A DNA stretch of 64,000 nucleotides from Planctomycetota bacterium (GCA_965248445.1 CBDFJG010000004.1:832001-896000); one strand, 5' to 3'. Positions 19,910-29,658 are shown, counted from the stretch's first letter. Numbers and translations: made by a program. The notes: generated from the sequence alone by a model not told the origin.

Positions 19910-20300
19910 TTCACGCGGATCGCAGAAGCGATCCGCGCGCCTCGCGGCGGTCAGTGTGTCTCCCTCCTACGCGTCCTCCGGACGCGTAGGAGGTCTACGG
20001 GCACGCCGCTCGCTTCGCAACCGGCCCGCCCTCGCGATTCACGCAACAAGTGCGAGCTAGCTGTAGGGGCGGGGTTCCACCCCCGCCCGCGAGTGGGTGC
20101 ACGGCAAGGCGCTATCGAGCGTTCGCGGGCGGGGCAGTGCCCCGCCCCTACAGCCACGTTGCGCTCGTCGCGTGGATGCGGAGGGCGCGGGGGTTGCGGA
20201 GCAAGCCCTGTGAACGCAGCCCTCGGTAGCGGTCGGAGACCGCGTAGGAGGGAGACAATCGTCCGCCGCGTGGCCCGTGGATCGCCACGCGATCAGCGGG
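19910..20300. repeat. symmetric mosaic: long repeat (-) / GTAG REP doublet (20063-20151) / long repeat (+)
   Basis: GTAGGGGCGGGGTTCCACCCCCGCCCGCGA...TCGCGGGCGGGGCAGTGCCCCGCCCCTAC flanked by outward-facing copies of the long repeat. Confidence 0.8.
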
Positions 20301-20307
20301 CCACGCG

Positions 20308-21912
20308 CTACGGACGACGACGCGGGAGGTCGTCGACCGTGAAGTAGGGCTTCTCGCGCACTTCGGCCTTCAGGTCGCGCAGCTCCTGCCACGTGTGGTA
20401 GAGGCGCGAGCCGGCCGGCTCGAAGCCGCGCGGATTGACCGGGCCCTCATCGCCGCCCTCCGCACCGCCTTCGCCGCCGCCCTCCCCCTCGCCGTCGCCG
20501 CCGCTCTCCTCGAGGGGACCGCCGTCCACCTCGGCGTCGGACAGCAGGTTCTTGATCTTGTCGAGGTCAAGCACGCTCTCGACGGCGAGGTTCACCGTGC
20601 GGAGCAGGCGATCGGGGTAGCGGAGGTCGAGCTGCCAGAACAGCGGCAGGGCGCCCACCTCGCGCCAACGGGGTTCGACCTGCCGAGCCGAGAGGACGTC
20701 GCGGGCGGTCTCGAAGTTCGCGCGGACGTCGCGGTCGGACTCGCCCCGCTTCAGCCGCGAACCGATCTTGCGCAGGGCTGCCTGCCGGATCTCGGCGTTG
20801 CCGAGACGGGCCGCTGCGACGGCCGCGGCGGCGCGGACGAGCGGTGCGCGATCGTCGATGCGTTCCAGCACCGCGCCGCGCGCCTCGTCGGCGTCGATCG
20901 AGCTGAGCGCGAGAACCGCGGCACCGCGCACGCGGGTGTCCGACCCGCGCCTTGCGAGGGACAGCAGTTCCCCGAGCACCGATGCGTCACCACGCCCGAT
21001 CAAGAGGTCCACCGCCGCGCGGCGCACCTCCTCGTCCTTGGCGCTCTTCGCCACGTCGGCCAGTTTCCCCGATGCGACGGCGTCCTCGTACCGCGAGAGT
21101 CCGATCAGCGCAGGGATGCGCGGCTCCGGAGCATCCTCGCGATTCACCAGGTCGATGAGGAACGCGCGCGTGTCGTCCCGCTCGAACGTTGCGACCAGGT
21201 ACGCCACCACCGCCGCGCGGCGCTGGCTGCGGCGACGAGCGCGCATCGCGCTCGAGAGTCGCGCGCTCGGCTCGGGTGAGTCCCCGTCCAGTGCGGATTT
21301 GGGGAAGAAGCCCAGCGCGAGGACGCGCGACTCACGCACCAGTGCGTTGCCCTGCGAAGACGGGAAGCGCTTCACCAAGAGCTGCTCTGCCTCGTCGGTA
21401 TGAATGCGCGCCAGCGCAAGCGGAACGGCGGCGCGGAGAATGTGCTGGCTCTTGGACGACCGCAGCGACTTCTCGAACACGGCGACGCACTCGGCGTCCC
21501 TGCGCCGGCCGAGCCCCAGCGCCGAGAAGGCTCCGATGTAAGGGTTCGACGTCTCACGGACAACCGCCGCGCGCAGCGGCTCGGTGGTGCGCGGATCGTG
21601 CATGTCCATCAACGTGAGCGCCGCGGCCGCACGCGCCGGCGTCTCGGCAGATTCGAGAGCGTCGATCAGCGGCGCCACCGACCAGTACCCGATGGACTGC
21701 AGTTCGCGCCTGTGCTGGACGCGCTGCCGCATCGCGCCCGTGAAGAAGCGAGAGATCAGCTCGTCGATCTGCCGGCGGGTCTCCCGGTCCGGCTCGCGGA
21801 AGAATACGTTGCCCTCGCGTTCGTCGAACGCCACCGCGGGGTCGTCGGCGCGCGCGAGCACGGCGGGAGCCGCAGCGATCAGGACGATCAGTGCGAAAGC
21901 CGTCTTGCGCAT
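20308..21912 (-). CDS. secreted HEAT-repeat protein
   Basis: Signal peptide MRKTAFALIVLIAAAPAVLA; repeated VR.AAA.AL helical repeats. Confidence 0.8.
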   Translation of the reverse strand: MRKTAFALIVLIAAAPAVLARADDPAVAFDEREGNVFFREPDRETRRQIDELISRFFTGAMRQRVQHRRELQSIGYWSVAPLIDALESAETPARAAAALTLMDMHDPRTTEPLRAAVVRETSNPYIGAFSALGLGRRRDAECVAVFEKSLRSSKSQHILRAAVPLALARIHTDEAEQLLVKRFPSSQGNALVRESRVLALGFFPKSALDGDSPEPSARLSSAMRARRRSQRRAAVVAYLVATFERDDTRAFLIDLVNREDAPEPRIPALIGLSRYEDAVASGKLADVAKSAKDEEVRRAAVDLLIGRGDASVLGELLSLARRGSDTRVRGAAVLALSSIDADEARGAVLERIDDRAPLVRAAAAVAAARLGNAEIRQAALRKIGSRLKRGESDRDVRANFETARDVLSARQVEPRWREVGALPLFWQLDLRYPDRLLRTVNLAVESVLDLDKIKNLLSDAEVDGGPLEESGGDGEGEGGGEGGAEGGDEGPVNPRGFEPAGSRLYHTWQELRDLKAEVREKPYFTVDDLPRRRP

Positions 21913-22021
21913 GGCTCCATGGTCCCCCGCCACCGCCCGGTGTCAACTGCCGGTGTCGGATCGAGCCTGCGGTGGCCGGCGGTGGTGGACCCCGCACCTA
22001 CCGCCGCACCTCATGGCGAGT

Positions 22022-22148
22022 CCGAATCGCGAGGGCGCGTCGCGTGCGAAGCAAGCGGTGTGACCGAAGCCATCCGTAGCGTCCGGAGGATGCGGAGGAG
22101 GGAACACGCGGCCGAAGCGTGGCCGAGGATCGCCTCGCGATCCACAGG
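22022..22148 (+). repeat. long palindromic intergenic repeat, copy E
   Basis: GAATCGCGAGGGCG...GCAAGCGG...CCGTAGCGTCCGGAGGATGCGGAGGAGGGAACAC...GGATCGCCTCGCGATCC. Confidence 0.75.
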
Positions 22149-22167
22149 ACACGCGCACGGGCGGCTC

Positions 22168-23334
22168 TCAGTACGTCTTCAGCACGTACTTGCGCCACGC
22201 CTCGTGCGCAGCGTCGGGGGACATCTTCAGCGCGTCCTCCGTGGCGGCCGACAGCGTGCGGCCCTTCTTGTACGCCAACACGAACGCCTTGAGCTTGCCG
22301 GTCCGGTGGAGCCAGTCCACGACGCTCCAGGACTCCTGCACCTCGTGGTGCTCGAGCTGATTCAGCGAGAGATTGCCGAGCACACCGAGACCGCGTTCGT
22401 CGCGGGACTTCACGCGCCCCTTGACCGCCCGCCGCCACGCCTTCTCGAGCGCCGCCTTGGCCGCCTCGTCGGCTTCGGGAGTGCCCTCCCTCGCGTAGTC
22501 GCCCGGCCGCGCGACTTCGAGGCAGTACGTCATGTTGGTTCCCGTCAGTCGAATCTCCTGCCAAGTCGCGAATCCCTCCAGGAGCCACCACGGCATCCAG
22601 CCGCCCGCGTCCTCCCACAGCAGCAACATGGCGTGACTGGATTGGTGAGACGCGTTGCCGATCAGGATCTCGAGGGTGGCGGGTCCCTGGAACCGCACCG
22701 ACAGCGGTCGCGGTGTGAGCACCCAGTAGCTAGGCTGCCGCCGCATCAGCTTGAACCGCTCGTCCGAGACCGTCTCGTCGCGCATGCGGTCGAAGACGCG
22801 ATCGGTGAAGCGCAAGTACTTCGGCTCCTGGCGGAAAACCACGAGTACGAGCTCGGCGGCGTCCGACTCCTCCAACACCTCCGCTTCTTCGCACGACATC
22901 ACGGAGCAGAAGTCGTCGTACGTCTTGCGCACCGCTTCGGCGATGCGCGACAGCTCGGCCGGGGAGAGGTCGCCCGCGACCCACACACGCTTGCGCGCGG
23001 CCGCGTTCAGCTTCACGCCGAGGGGTCCCTCCCACGTCCCGAGGTGCTCGCGCACCTTCTTGCGTTGTTCGTCCGAGAAGCCGGGCATGAACGGCGCATC
23101 GCGGCCGGAGTCGGCGTCCGCAGTGTCGAGATCCTCGCCCTCGACGATGCGTTTCACGTCGCCGGTGCGCACGGTCACGATCTTGCCGCGGTCATCGCGG
23201 ATGCGAACCAGACGCGAGCCCTTCGAGAGGACCTCGCCGCTGATCTTCGTGCCGTCCTTCAGCTCGACGATGTCGCCCTGCGCCAGCGCGGGGAGCGCGA
23301 GCAGAGCCAGGAGGCAGGCGAGTCGTCGCAGCAT
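22168..23334 (-). CDS. secreted protein with degenerate gluzincin-like motif
   Basis: Signal peptide, DIVELKDGTKISG N-terminal domain, HQSSH...PWWLLEGFA. Confidence 0.7.
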   Translation of the reverse strand: MLRRLACLLALLALPALAQGDIVELKDGTKISGEVLSKGSRLVRIRDDRGKIVTVRTGDVKRIVEGEDLDTADADSGRDAPFMPGFSDEQRKKVREHLGTWEGPLGVKLNAAARKRVWVAGDLSPAELSRIAEAVRKTYDDFCSVMSCEEAEVLEESDAAELVLVVFRQEPKYLRFTDRVFDRMRDETVSDERFKLMRRQPSYWVLTPRPLSVRFQGPATLEILIGNASHQSSHAMLLLWEDAGGWMPWWLLEGFATWQEIRLTGTNMTYCLEVARPGDYAREGTPEADEAAKAALEKAWRRAVKGRVKSRDERGLGVLGNLSLNQLEHHEVQESWSVVDWLHRTGKLKAFVLAYKKGRTLSAATEDALKMSPDAAHEAWRKYVLKTY

Positions 23335-23412
23335 GCGGAAGATCAGCCCCATCGGCCCTCTGCGGCCGTGTTCAGCCCTCGTGAGCCCGCTTCATCCCTC
23401 TTTCAGCCCGCT

Positions 23413-25353
23413 TCAGGCCTCTTCAGGGCGAATGCCATACTTCTCCAGCTTACGCTGAAGCGCGAAGCGAGAGATGTTCAGCGCGTCGGCGGCCTTCGTC
23501 TTGTTGCCCTCGTAGAGGCTCAGCGCATTGGTGATCTCGGCCACCTCGACCGTCTGCACCAGCTTGTTCAGATCCCGCACCTCTCCGGCCGGCGCTGACG
23601 TCACGACCGAGGGATGGTGCCCGCGGATCTGCTCGGAGAGGACGTCGGACTCGACCACCTCGCCCGACAGCGCGAGGATGCGCATGCACTCGTTCTCGAG
23701 TTCGCGCACATTGCCGGGCCAGTCGTAGGCCGTCAGCAGGTCCATCACCCCCGGCGCCATGCGCACCGGTTTGCTCCCCGCACGGCGGACTTCACGATCG
23801 AGGAAGTGCGACACGAGCAGCGGGACGTCCTCCCGGCGTTCACGCAGCGGCGGCAAGCGGATGTGAAGCACGCGCAGCCTGTAGTAAAGGTCTTCGCGGA
23901 ACTCCCGGCGCTCGACCATCTCGCGGAGGTCGCGATTGCTCGCGGACAGGATGCGGACGTCGACCTGCACCGGTTCGACACCGCCGACCCGCCGGACTTC
24001 GCCCTCTTGCAGGACGCGCAGCAGCTTGCGCTGCATGCCCTGGCTCATGTCCCCCACCTCGTCGAGGAACAGTGTTCCACCGTGCGCCTGTTCGAAGAGT
24101 CCCTTCCGGTCGCGCTCCGCGCCCGTGAATGCGCCCTTCACGTAGCCGAACAGCTCGCTCTCGAGCAGCGTCTCGGTCAACGCCGCGCAGTTCTCGGACA
24201 CGAAGGGGCCCTTGACCCGGCGCCCATGCGCGTGGATCGCGCGCGCCACGAGCTCCTTGCCGGTGCCGCTCTCGCCGTGGACGTGCACGGGGACATCGGA
24301 GTCAACGACGCGGTCCAGCAGCCGCAGCATCCGCAACACGGCGGGGCTACGGCCCACGATCTCCTTGTAGTCGTACTTCGTGTCGAGCGACTTGCGAGCG
24401 CGCAGCTCCCCGCGCAGCTCCTCCAACTCGAGGCTCTGGCCGCGGACGATCTTCTCGAGCCGCTTGTTGAGCGCCTCGACCCGCTCCCGCGCCTCGGCCA
24501 GCTCGTTGCGCCCGGCCTCGGCGCGGGCGAACAGGCGCGCGTTGCGCAACGCCACCGCAGCGTGGTCGGCCAGCGCCGCGAGCATGCGCAGGTCCTCGTT
24601 CGCGAACGCCCGGTTCGCGAGCCGGTTGTCGAGGTAGAGCGCCCCCACCGCCTCGTCGCGCTCGTTGACGGGCACGCACAGCACGGAGCGTAGTCCGAGG
24701 ATCGAGATCGACTGGACGTCGCGGAAGCGCTCGTCCTCGAGCGCGTTCACGGCGCAGATAGGGTCGCCCTCGTCGATGACCCGGTGTGCGAGAGACCGCG
24801 AGATGTCCAACTCGCTCCCCTGCACCGCGTCGCCGGCGAAGTTGCGCGATGCGGCGAAGCTGAGATCCCCGTCGACGCGCAGGAGCAGGAAGCCGCGCTC
24901 CGCACCGACGATGTCGATCGCGTGGTCGAGGATCAGCTCGAACAGCCGCTCCTGGTTCAGCTCGCTGTTGAGCGCGCGCGCGGTGCGCTGCAATCGCAGC
25001 AGGTCCCGTTGCTCGCGGGCCTGCAACGCGGTCTCCGGGACGAGCGTGTCGGTGCCGATCTCCGTGTCCACCCTGTCGAAGTGAATGCGGGTGTCACCGA
25101 TCGCGATGACGTCGCCCGGGGCCAGCCGCCGGCGCTGTGCGAGCTGACCGTTCAGGAGTGTGCCGTTGGCGCTGCCGTCGTCTACGAGCCAGTACTGGCC
25201 CTCCCGCTCCTCGACGCAGCAGTGCCGCCGGCTGGCGCGCGGATCGGCGATCGGGAGCGCGTTCTCACGGCTACGGCCGATCCACACCGGCTCTGCAGCA
25301 ATGGCGTGCTCCACACGCTTCTGGTCGGGGGTGATGAGGATCAGCTTGGGCAC
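23413..25353 (-). CDS. sigma54-dependent enhancer-binding protein, FHA-GAF-AAA+-HTH
   Basis: FHA (GR..ASRRH..GSANGT), GAF (GALYLDN), GESGTGKE, GAFTGA, FLDE, WPGNVREL, Fis HTH. Confidence 0.93.
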   Translation of the reverse strand: MPKLILITPDQKRVEHAIAAEPVWIGRSRENALPIADPRASRRHCCVEEREGQYWLVDDGSANGTLLNGQLAQRRRLAPGDVIAIGDTRIHFDRVDTEIGTDTLVPETALQAREQRDLLRLQRTARALNSELNQERLFELILDHAIDIVGAERGFLLLRVDGDLSFAASRNFAGDAVQGSELDISRSLAHRVIDEGDPICAVNALEDERFRDVQSISILGLRSVLCVPVNERDEAVGALYLDNRLANRAFANEDLRMLAALADHAAVALRNARLFARAEAGRNELAEARERVEALNKRLEKIVRGQSLELEELRGELRARKSLDTKYDYKEIVGRSPAVLRMLRLLDRVVDSDVPVHVHGESGTGKELVARAIHAHGRRVKGPFVSENCAALTETLLESELFGYVKGAFTGAERDRKGLFEQAHGGTLFLDEVGDMSQGMQRKLLRVLQEGEVRRVGGVEPVQVDVRILSASNRDLREMVERREFREDLYYRLRVLHIRLPPLRERREDVPLLVSHFLDREVRRAGSKPVRMAPGVMDLLTAYDWPGNVRELENECMRILALSGEVVESDVLSEQIRGHHPSVVTSAPAGEVRDLNKLVQTVEVAEITNALSLYEGNKTKAADALNISRFALQRKLEKYGIRPEEA

Positions 25354-25580
25354 GGGACTCTCCGACAGAGGTCCACTCGCTAGAGGAACCTCCGATCCCC
25401 AACCAACCATGATACATCGTGCGGAATCGCACGCAGAAGCGCAAGGGTCCTCCAGGCGGATCCGCAGAGCGGCCGGTAGCGGTCCCGTACGGGCGTCTGC
25501 GGCAGCCTCGTGGCGAGCCTGGCCACAGACCCTCTGAACGCCCCGAATTCGCTTCGTCCGCGGGCATCTTTCGGGTAGAC

Positions 25581-25608
25581 ATAAACCCCTTAATACAAAA
25601 GGACTTAC
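25581..25608. promoter_or_regulatory. AT-rich imperfect palindrome between divergent sigma54 activator and gyrA (possible IHF/NAP-type site)
   Basis: ATAAACCCCTTAATACAAAAGGACTTAC; its reverse complement shares GTAAGTCCTTTT with 62613-62624. Confidence 0.45.
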
Positions 25609-25776
25609 GCGCCCTCGCGAGGACACAGAAGCGGTCCCCGTGAAGACGCGGCGGCGGAGAGCTCGCGCGGGCCTTCTCCGCGCCCCTCGCGGCCTCCCTG
25701 AACCGTCCCCAGAGCGATCCGCTCCGTGGGACGGTCCACAGCCTTCGAGGGGGGTCCACCAGGAGTTCGATCGCCC

Positions 25777-28365
25777 ATGTCCGACACCGCTTCCACGCCT
25801 CTCCCGCCGGAGCCCGGCGTGCGCGATCTCCTCATCGAAGACGAGATGAAGGAGAGCTATCTCCGCTACGCGATGAGCGTGATCGTCTCGCGCGCGCTGC
25901 CCGACGCGCGGGACGGGCTGAAGCCCTCCCAGCGGCGAATCCTGGTGGCGATGAACGACCTGGGCCTGCGGCCCAACTCCCGCCACAGGAAGTGCGCCAA
26001 GATCTGCGGCGACACCTCGGGCAACTACCACCCGCACGGCGAGCAGGTCGTCTACCCGACGCTCGTCCGCATGGCGCAGGACTTCAACCTGCGGCTGCCG
26101 CTCGTGGACCCGCAGGGCAACTTCGGTACTCCGGACGATCCTCCGGCAGCCATGCGCTACACAGAGGCGCGCCTGGCCCGAGCCTGCATGGAGATGCTGA
26201 CGGACCTCGACGAGGACACCGTCAGCTTCGTCCCGAACTACGACGGCACCACGACGGAGCCGACCGTCCTGCCGGCGCGTCTGCCGAACCTGCTGATCAA
26301 CGGCTCCCAGGGCATCGCCGTCGGCATGGCGTCGTCGATCCCGCCGCACAACCCGGGCGAGATCTTCCGCGCGGTCATCGCGCTGCTGGACAACCCGGCC
26401 ATCACCGTCGACGAACTCATGGAGATCGTGCCCGGCCCGGACTTCCCCACCGGCGCGCAGATCTGCGGGCGCACTCCGGTGCGCGAGGCGTACGAGAACG
26501 GGCGCGCCCGCCTGCGACTGCGCGCGCCGTGCGAGGTGGAGGAGCTGAAGGGCGACCGCCTGTCGCTCGTGTTCACGGCGCTCCCGTACGGCGTGAGTTC
26601 GCGCGTGATCACCGAGCAGATCGTGGCGCTCGTGAACGCGAAGAAGCTGACCAGCATCTCCGACGTTCGCGACGAATCGAGCCTCGACGTCGGCACGCGT
26701 CTGGTGGTGGACCTCAAGCGCGGGGAGAACGACAAGGTCGTGCTGAACTTCCTGTTCAAGCACACCCGCCTGCAGGAGACGTTCAGCACGATCATGATCG
26801 CGCTGGTCAACGGGCGCCCGGAGACGCTCTCACTGAAGCGGCTGCTCGAGGAGTACCGCGACCACCGCGTCATCGTCATCCGTCGGCGCACGCGCTTCCG
26901 CCTGGCGAAAGCCGAGGCCCGCGCGCACATCGTCGAGGGGCTGCTGCAGGCGCTCGACATCATCGACGTGATCATCCAGACGATCCGCAGCTCGAAATCG
27001 CGCGACGAGGCACGCGAGCGGCTCATGCAGGCGGACTATGCGCTGCCCCCGAACTGGAAGGACGCGACGCCCCTCGTCACGTTCTCCCACAAGCAGGCGG
27101 ACGCGATCCTCGACATGCGCCTGGCGCGCCTGACGGGCCTCGAGCGACAGAAGCTGCAGGACGAGTTCACCGAACTGACCGAGCGGATCGGCGAGTACCG
27201 CGCGATCCTCGCCGACGTCGAGAAGGTGCTCGAGATCATCCGCGAGGACATGCGCACCCTGATCGAGACGTTCCCGACGCCGCGGCGCACGGAGATCACC
27301 GCCGACCTGACCGAGGTGCGCATGGAGGACCTGATCGCGGACGATCAGGTCGTCGTGACGATCTCGCACGAGGGCTACGTGAAGCGCCTCTCGCTCGACG
27401 AGTACCGCACGCAGACCCGCGGCGGCAAGGGCGTGCGCGGGGCGGAGACGAAGGAAGGCGACTTCGTCGAGCGCATCATCATCACCACGAACCACCAGTA
27501 CCTGCTGGTGCTGACGCCGACCGGACAGTTGTACTGGCTACGCGTGTTCGACACTCCGGAGGCCGGCCGCTACAGCCGCGGGCGCGCACTGATCAACCTG
27601 CTGCAGGTGGACAAAGACGACCGTGTGGAGACCTGCGTCCCCGTGCGCACGTTCGAATCCGGCTACCTGCTCACCATCACCAAGCGAGGCAAGATCCGGA
27701 AGACGCCGCTCGCGGGGTTCTCCCGCCCGCGTGTCAACGGGATCATCGGAGTGCGCATCGACGAAGGCGATCGGCTCGTCGGCGCGGCCGAATTCGCCGA
27801 GGGGCAGGAGATCCTGCTCACCACGCGCCTCGGCAAGACGATCCGTTTCAGCGAGTCCGACGTCCGCTCGATGGGGCGCGCGTCCGCCGGAGTGCGCGGC
27901 ATCAAGCTGCGCGCGGGCGACGAAGTCGTCTCTCTCGTGGTCATCGAGGAGGGCAAGCAGATCCTCACGATCTGCGAGAACGGCTACGGGAAGCGCACCT
28001 CCGTCGACGAGTACCCCAAGCAGCGCCGCGCGGGCCAGGGGGTCATCGACATCAAGGTCACCGAACGCAATGGACCGGTCGTGCGTTCGCGCCTCGTCGA
28101 CGACGACGACGAGTTCATGATGATCACCGAGAAGGGACAGGTCGTCCGCACGCGCGTGGCGGACGTCCGGCCGATCGGTCGCAACACGCAGGGCGTCACG
28201 GTCATGAGCGTCCCGAAGAAGGACCGCATCGTGTCGGTCGCACTGGTCCAGCCTGAAGACGAGCCGGAAGATGACGACAGTGGCGAGAACGCCGAAGAGG
28301 GCGCCGCGGAGACCGAAGGCGGCGACGGCGAGGCAGCGCCAGACGAGACAGCAAACGAGGAGTAG
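25777..28365 (+). CDS. gyrA: DNA gyrase subunit A
   Basis: YAMSVIVSRALPDARDGLKP, AAMRYTEARL (catalytic Tyr), GyrA-box QTRGGKG, acidic tail. Confidence 0.97.
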   Translation: MSDTASTPLPPEPGVRDLLIEDEMKESYLRYAMSVIVSRALPDARDGLKPSQRRILVAMNDLGLRPNSRHRKCAKICGDTSGNYHPHGEQVVYPTLVRMAQDFNLRLPLVDPQGNFGTPDDPPAAMRYTEARLARACMEMLTDLDEDTVSFVPNYDGTTTEPTVLPARLPNLLINGSQGIAVGMASSIPPHNPGEIFRAVIALLDNPAITVDELMEIVPGPDFPTGAQICGRTPVREAYENGRARLRLRAPCEVEELKGDRLSLVFTALPYGVSSRVITEQIVALVNAKKLTSISDVRDESSLDVGTRLVVDLKRGENDKVVLNFLFKHTRLQETFSTIMIALVNGRPETLSLKRLLEEYRDHRVIVIRRRTRFRLAKAEARAHIVEGLLQALDIIDVIIQTIRSSKSRDEARERLMQADYALPPNWKDATPLVTFSHKQADAILDMRLARLTGLERQKLQDEFTELTERIGEYRAILADVEKVLEIIREDMRTLIETFPTPRRTEITADLTEVRMEDLIADDQVVVTISHEGYVKRLSLDEYRTQTRGGKGVRGAETKEGDFVERIIITTNHQYLLVLTPTGQLYWLRVFDTPEAGRYSRGRALINLLQVDKDDRVETCVPVRTFESGYLLTITKRGKIRKTPLAGFSRPRVNGIIGVRIDEGDRLVGAAEFAEGQEILLTTRLGKTIRFSESDVRSMGRASAGVRGIKLRAGDEVVSLVVIEEGKQILTICENGYGKRTSVDEYPKQRRAGQGVIDIKVTERNGPVVRSRLVDDDDEFMMITEKGQVVRTRVADVRPIGRNTQGVTVMSVPKKDRIVSVALVQPEDEPEDDDSGENAEEGAAETEGGDGEAAPDETANEE

Positions 28366-28371
28366 TCGCGC

Positions 28372-28656
28372 GTGGCACCCCGTGAGACGGACGTCTGCCC
28401 GCACTGCGGCGCCGAGTTCGCGGCCGGCCGGCCCGCGTGTCCCGAGTGCGGCAGCGACGCCGAGACGGGATGGAGCGAGGACGGAATCACCGGCTACGCG
28501 GCCGCGCTGCCCGACGAGTTCACGGACGACGACTACGGCCGCATCCTGGATGAGATCAACGCGGGACCGCGCAGACCCACAGCGACGACGGTGCTGAAGG
28601 CCCTCGGGATACTCGCGCTCATCCTGCTACTGGTCTGGTCACTCGTGTTGAGCTAG
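28372..28656 (+). CDS. small zinc-ribbon membrane protein
   Basis: CPHCG...ACPECGSD..TGW plus a C-terminal TM. Confidence 0.8.
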   Translation: MAPRETDVCPHCGAEFAAGRPACPECGSDAETGWSEDGITGYAAALPDEFTDDDYGRILDEINAGPRRPTATTVLKALGILALILLLVWSLVLS

Positions 28657-29615
28657 CGCGCTACGAGCCGCAGCGTGATCTCCTGCTCGCCTCCGTCGAC
28701 GACGTCGAACTCCGCGTCCAGGCGCGCACGGTCCTTCGACGCCGTGATTCTGTAGGTCCCCGGCGCGAGATGGACTTCGAAGCGCCCGTCCTCTCCGACA
28801 CGCGGCCACGCCATGCGGCGGCGGTTTTCCGGATCGTGCACATCGCCGATCCACGCCCGCGCCCGCGACGCCGGCTGGTCGTCCGGATCGACGACGCGCC
28901 CGGTGACCCGGCCGCCGCGTGACATCACGACGGTGACGGGCAGAGATCCGGGTCCGAGCTCCACCGGCACGTACTGCGTCACGAAGCCGTCGGCATTCAC
29001 GTCCAGCACGAGTTCCATGTCCGGCAGGCCGCTGAACGAGAACGACCCGTCGTCGCTCGTGACGGTGAGCGGCACGCTGAACTCACCGGCCCGCGGCCAG
29101 ATCGCGGCCTTCACGGGCTCTCCATCCGGATCGACCACGACGCCGCTCAGTTTCCGCGCGGGCACAAGACCCAAGACTCCCGCGTGGGTCACCGCACCCT
29201 CGACGGCGTCCACACTCCGGATGGCGATGACACAGTCGCGCACGCGCATCTTGAGGCTTCCGGGTCCCGGCGGCACGGCGACGGTCACGCGGCCGTTCTC
29301 GAACACCGCATCGTCGCAACGTTCGGATTGGTCTTCGCCCTCCGCCGTGAACCACGCTCCGACGCTTCGCCGCCGCTCGTCAGCCGCGAGCCCGTCCGGC
29401 AACACGCAGTCGAACACCAGTGCGGTGGTTACGACGGCGCGGGCTTGCTCTTCCACCCCCGTCGCCGGGTCGGCATCCTGCTCCGTCGGAGCAATGACCG
29501 CTCCAGGAGCCTCCGCCACCGGCGAAGCCTCTTGCGGCGCCGGGGCCCCCTCGCCACACCCCGCCGGGAGCAGTGCCAGAAGCAACACGAGGACGACTCG
29601 GGAAAGCAACCTCAT
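28653..29615 (-). CDS. lipoprotein with carboxypeptidase-regulatory-like (transthyretin-like) repeats
   Basis: LLPAGC lipobox; GVVVDPDGEPV, GRVVDPDDQPA, DGRFEVHLAPGTYRI. Confidence 0.8.
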   Translation of the reverse strand: MRLLSRVVLVLLLALLPAGCGEGAPAPQEASPVAEAPGAVIAPTEQDADPATGVEEQARAVVTTALVFDCVLPDGLAADERRRSVGAWFTAEGEDQSERCDDAVFENGRVTVAVPPGPGSLKMRVRDCVIAIRSVDAVEGAVTHAGVLGLVPARKLSGVVVDPDGEPVKAAIWPRAGEFSVPLTVTSDDGSFSFSGLPDMELVLDVNADGFVTQYVPVELGPGSLPVTVVMSRGGRVTGRVVDPDDQPASRARAWIGDVHDPENRRRMAWPRVGEDGRFEVHLAPGTYRITASKDRARLDAEFDVVDGGEQEITLRLVAR

Positions 29616-29658
29616 CCGCCCGTAGGGTAAGCCAGTCAACCACGCGAGGAACCACACC

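Noticed and set aside
19910..20300. Possible tRNA/riboswitch or integron attC array
   Set aside because: No cloverleaf or known aptamer consensus is recognisable, there are no cassette ORFs and no integrase; better explained as a REP mosaic.
25581..25608. dif site
   Set aside because: It does not match the XerD arm TTATGTTAAAT or the 11-6-11 layout.
25354..26763. 1116-aa version of the sigma54 activator ORF
   Set aside because: The N-terminal extension is the antisense shadow of gyrA; real domains begin at VPKLILI (25353).
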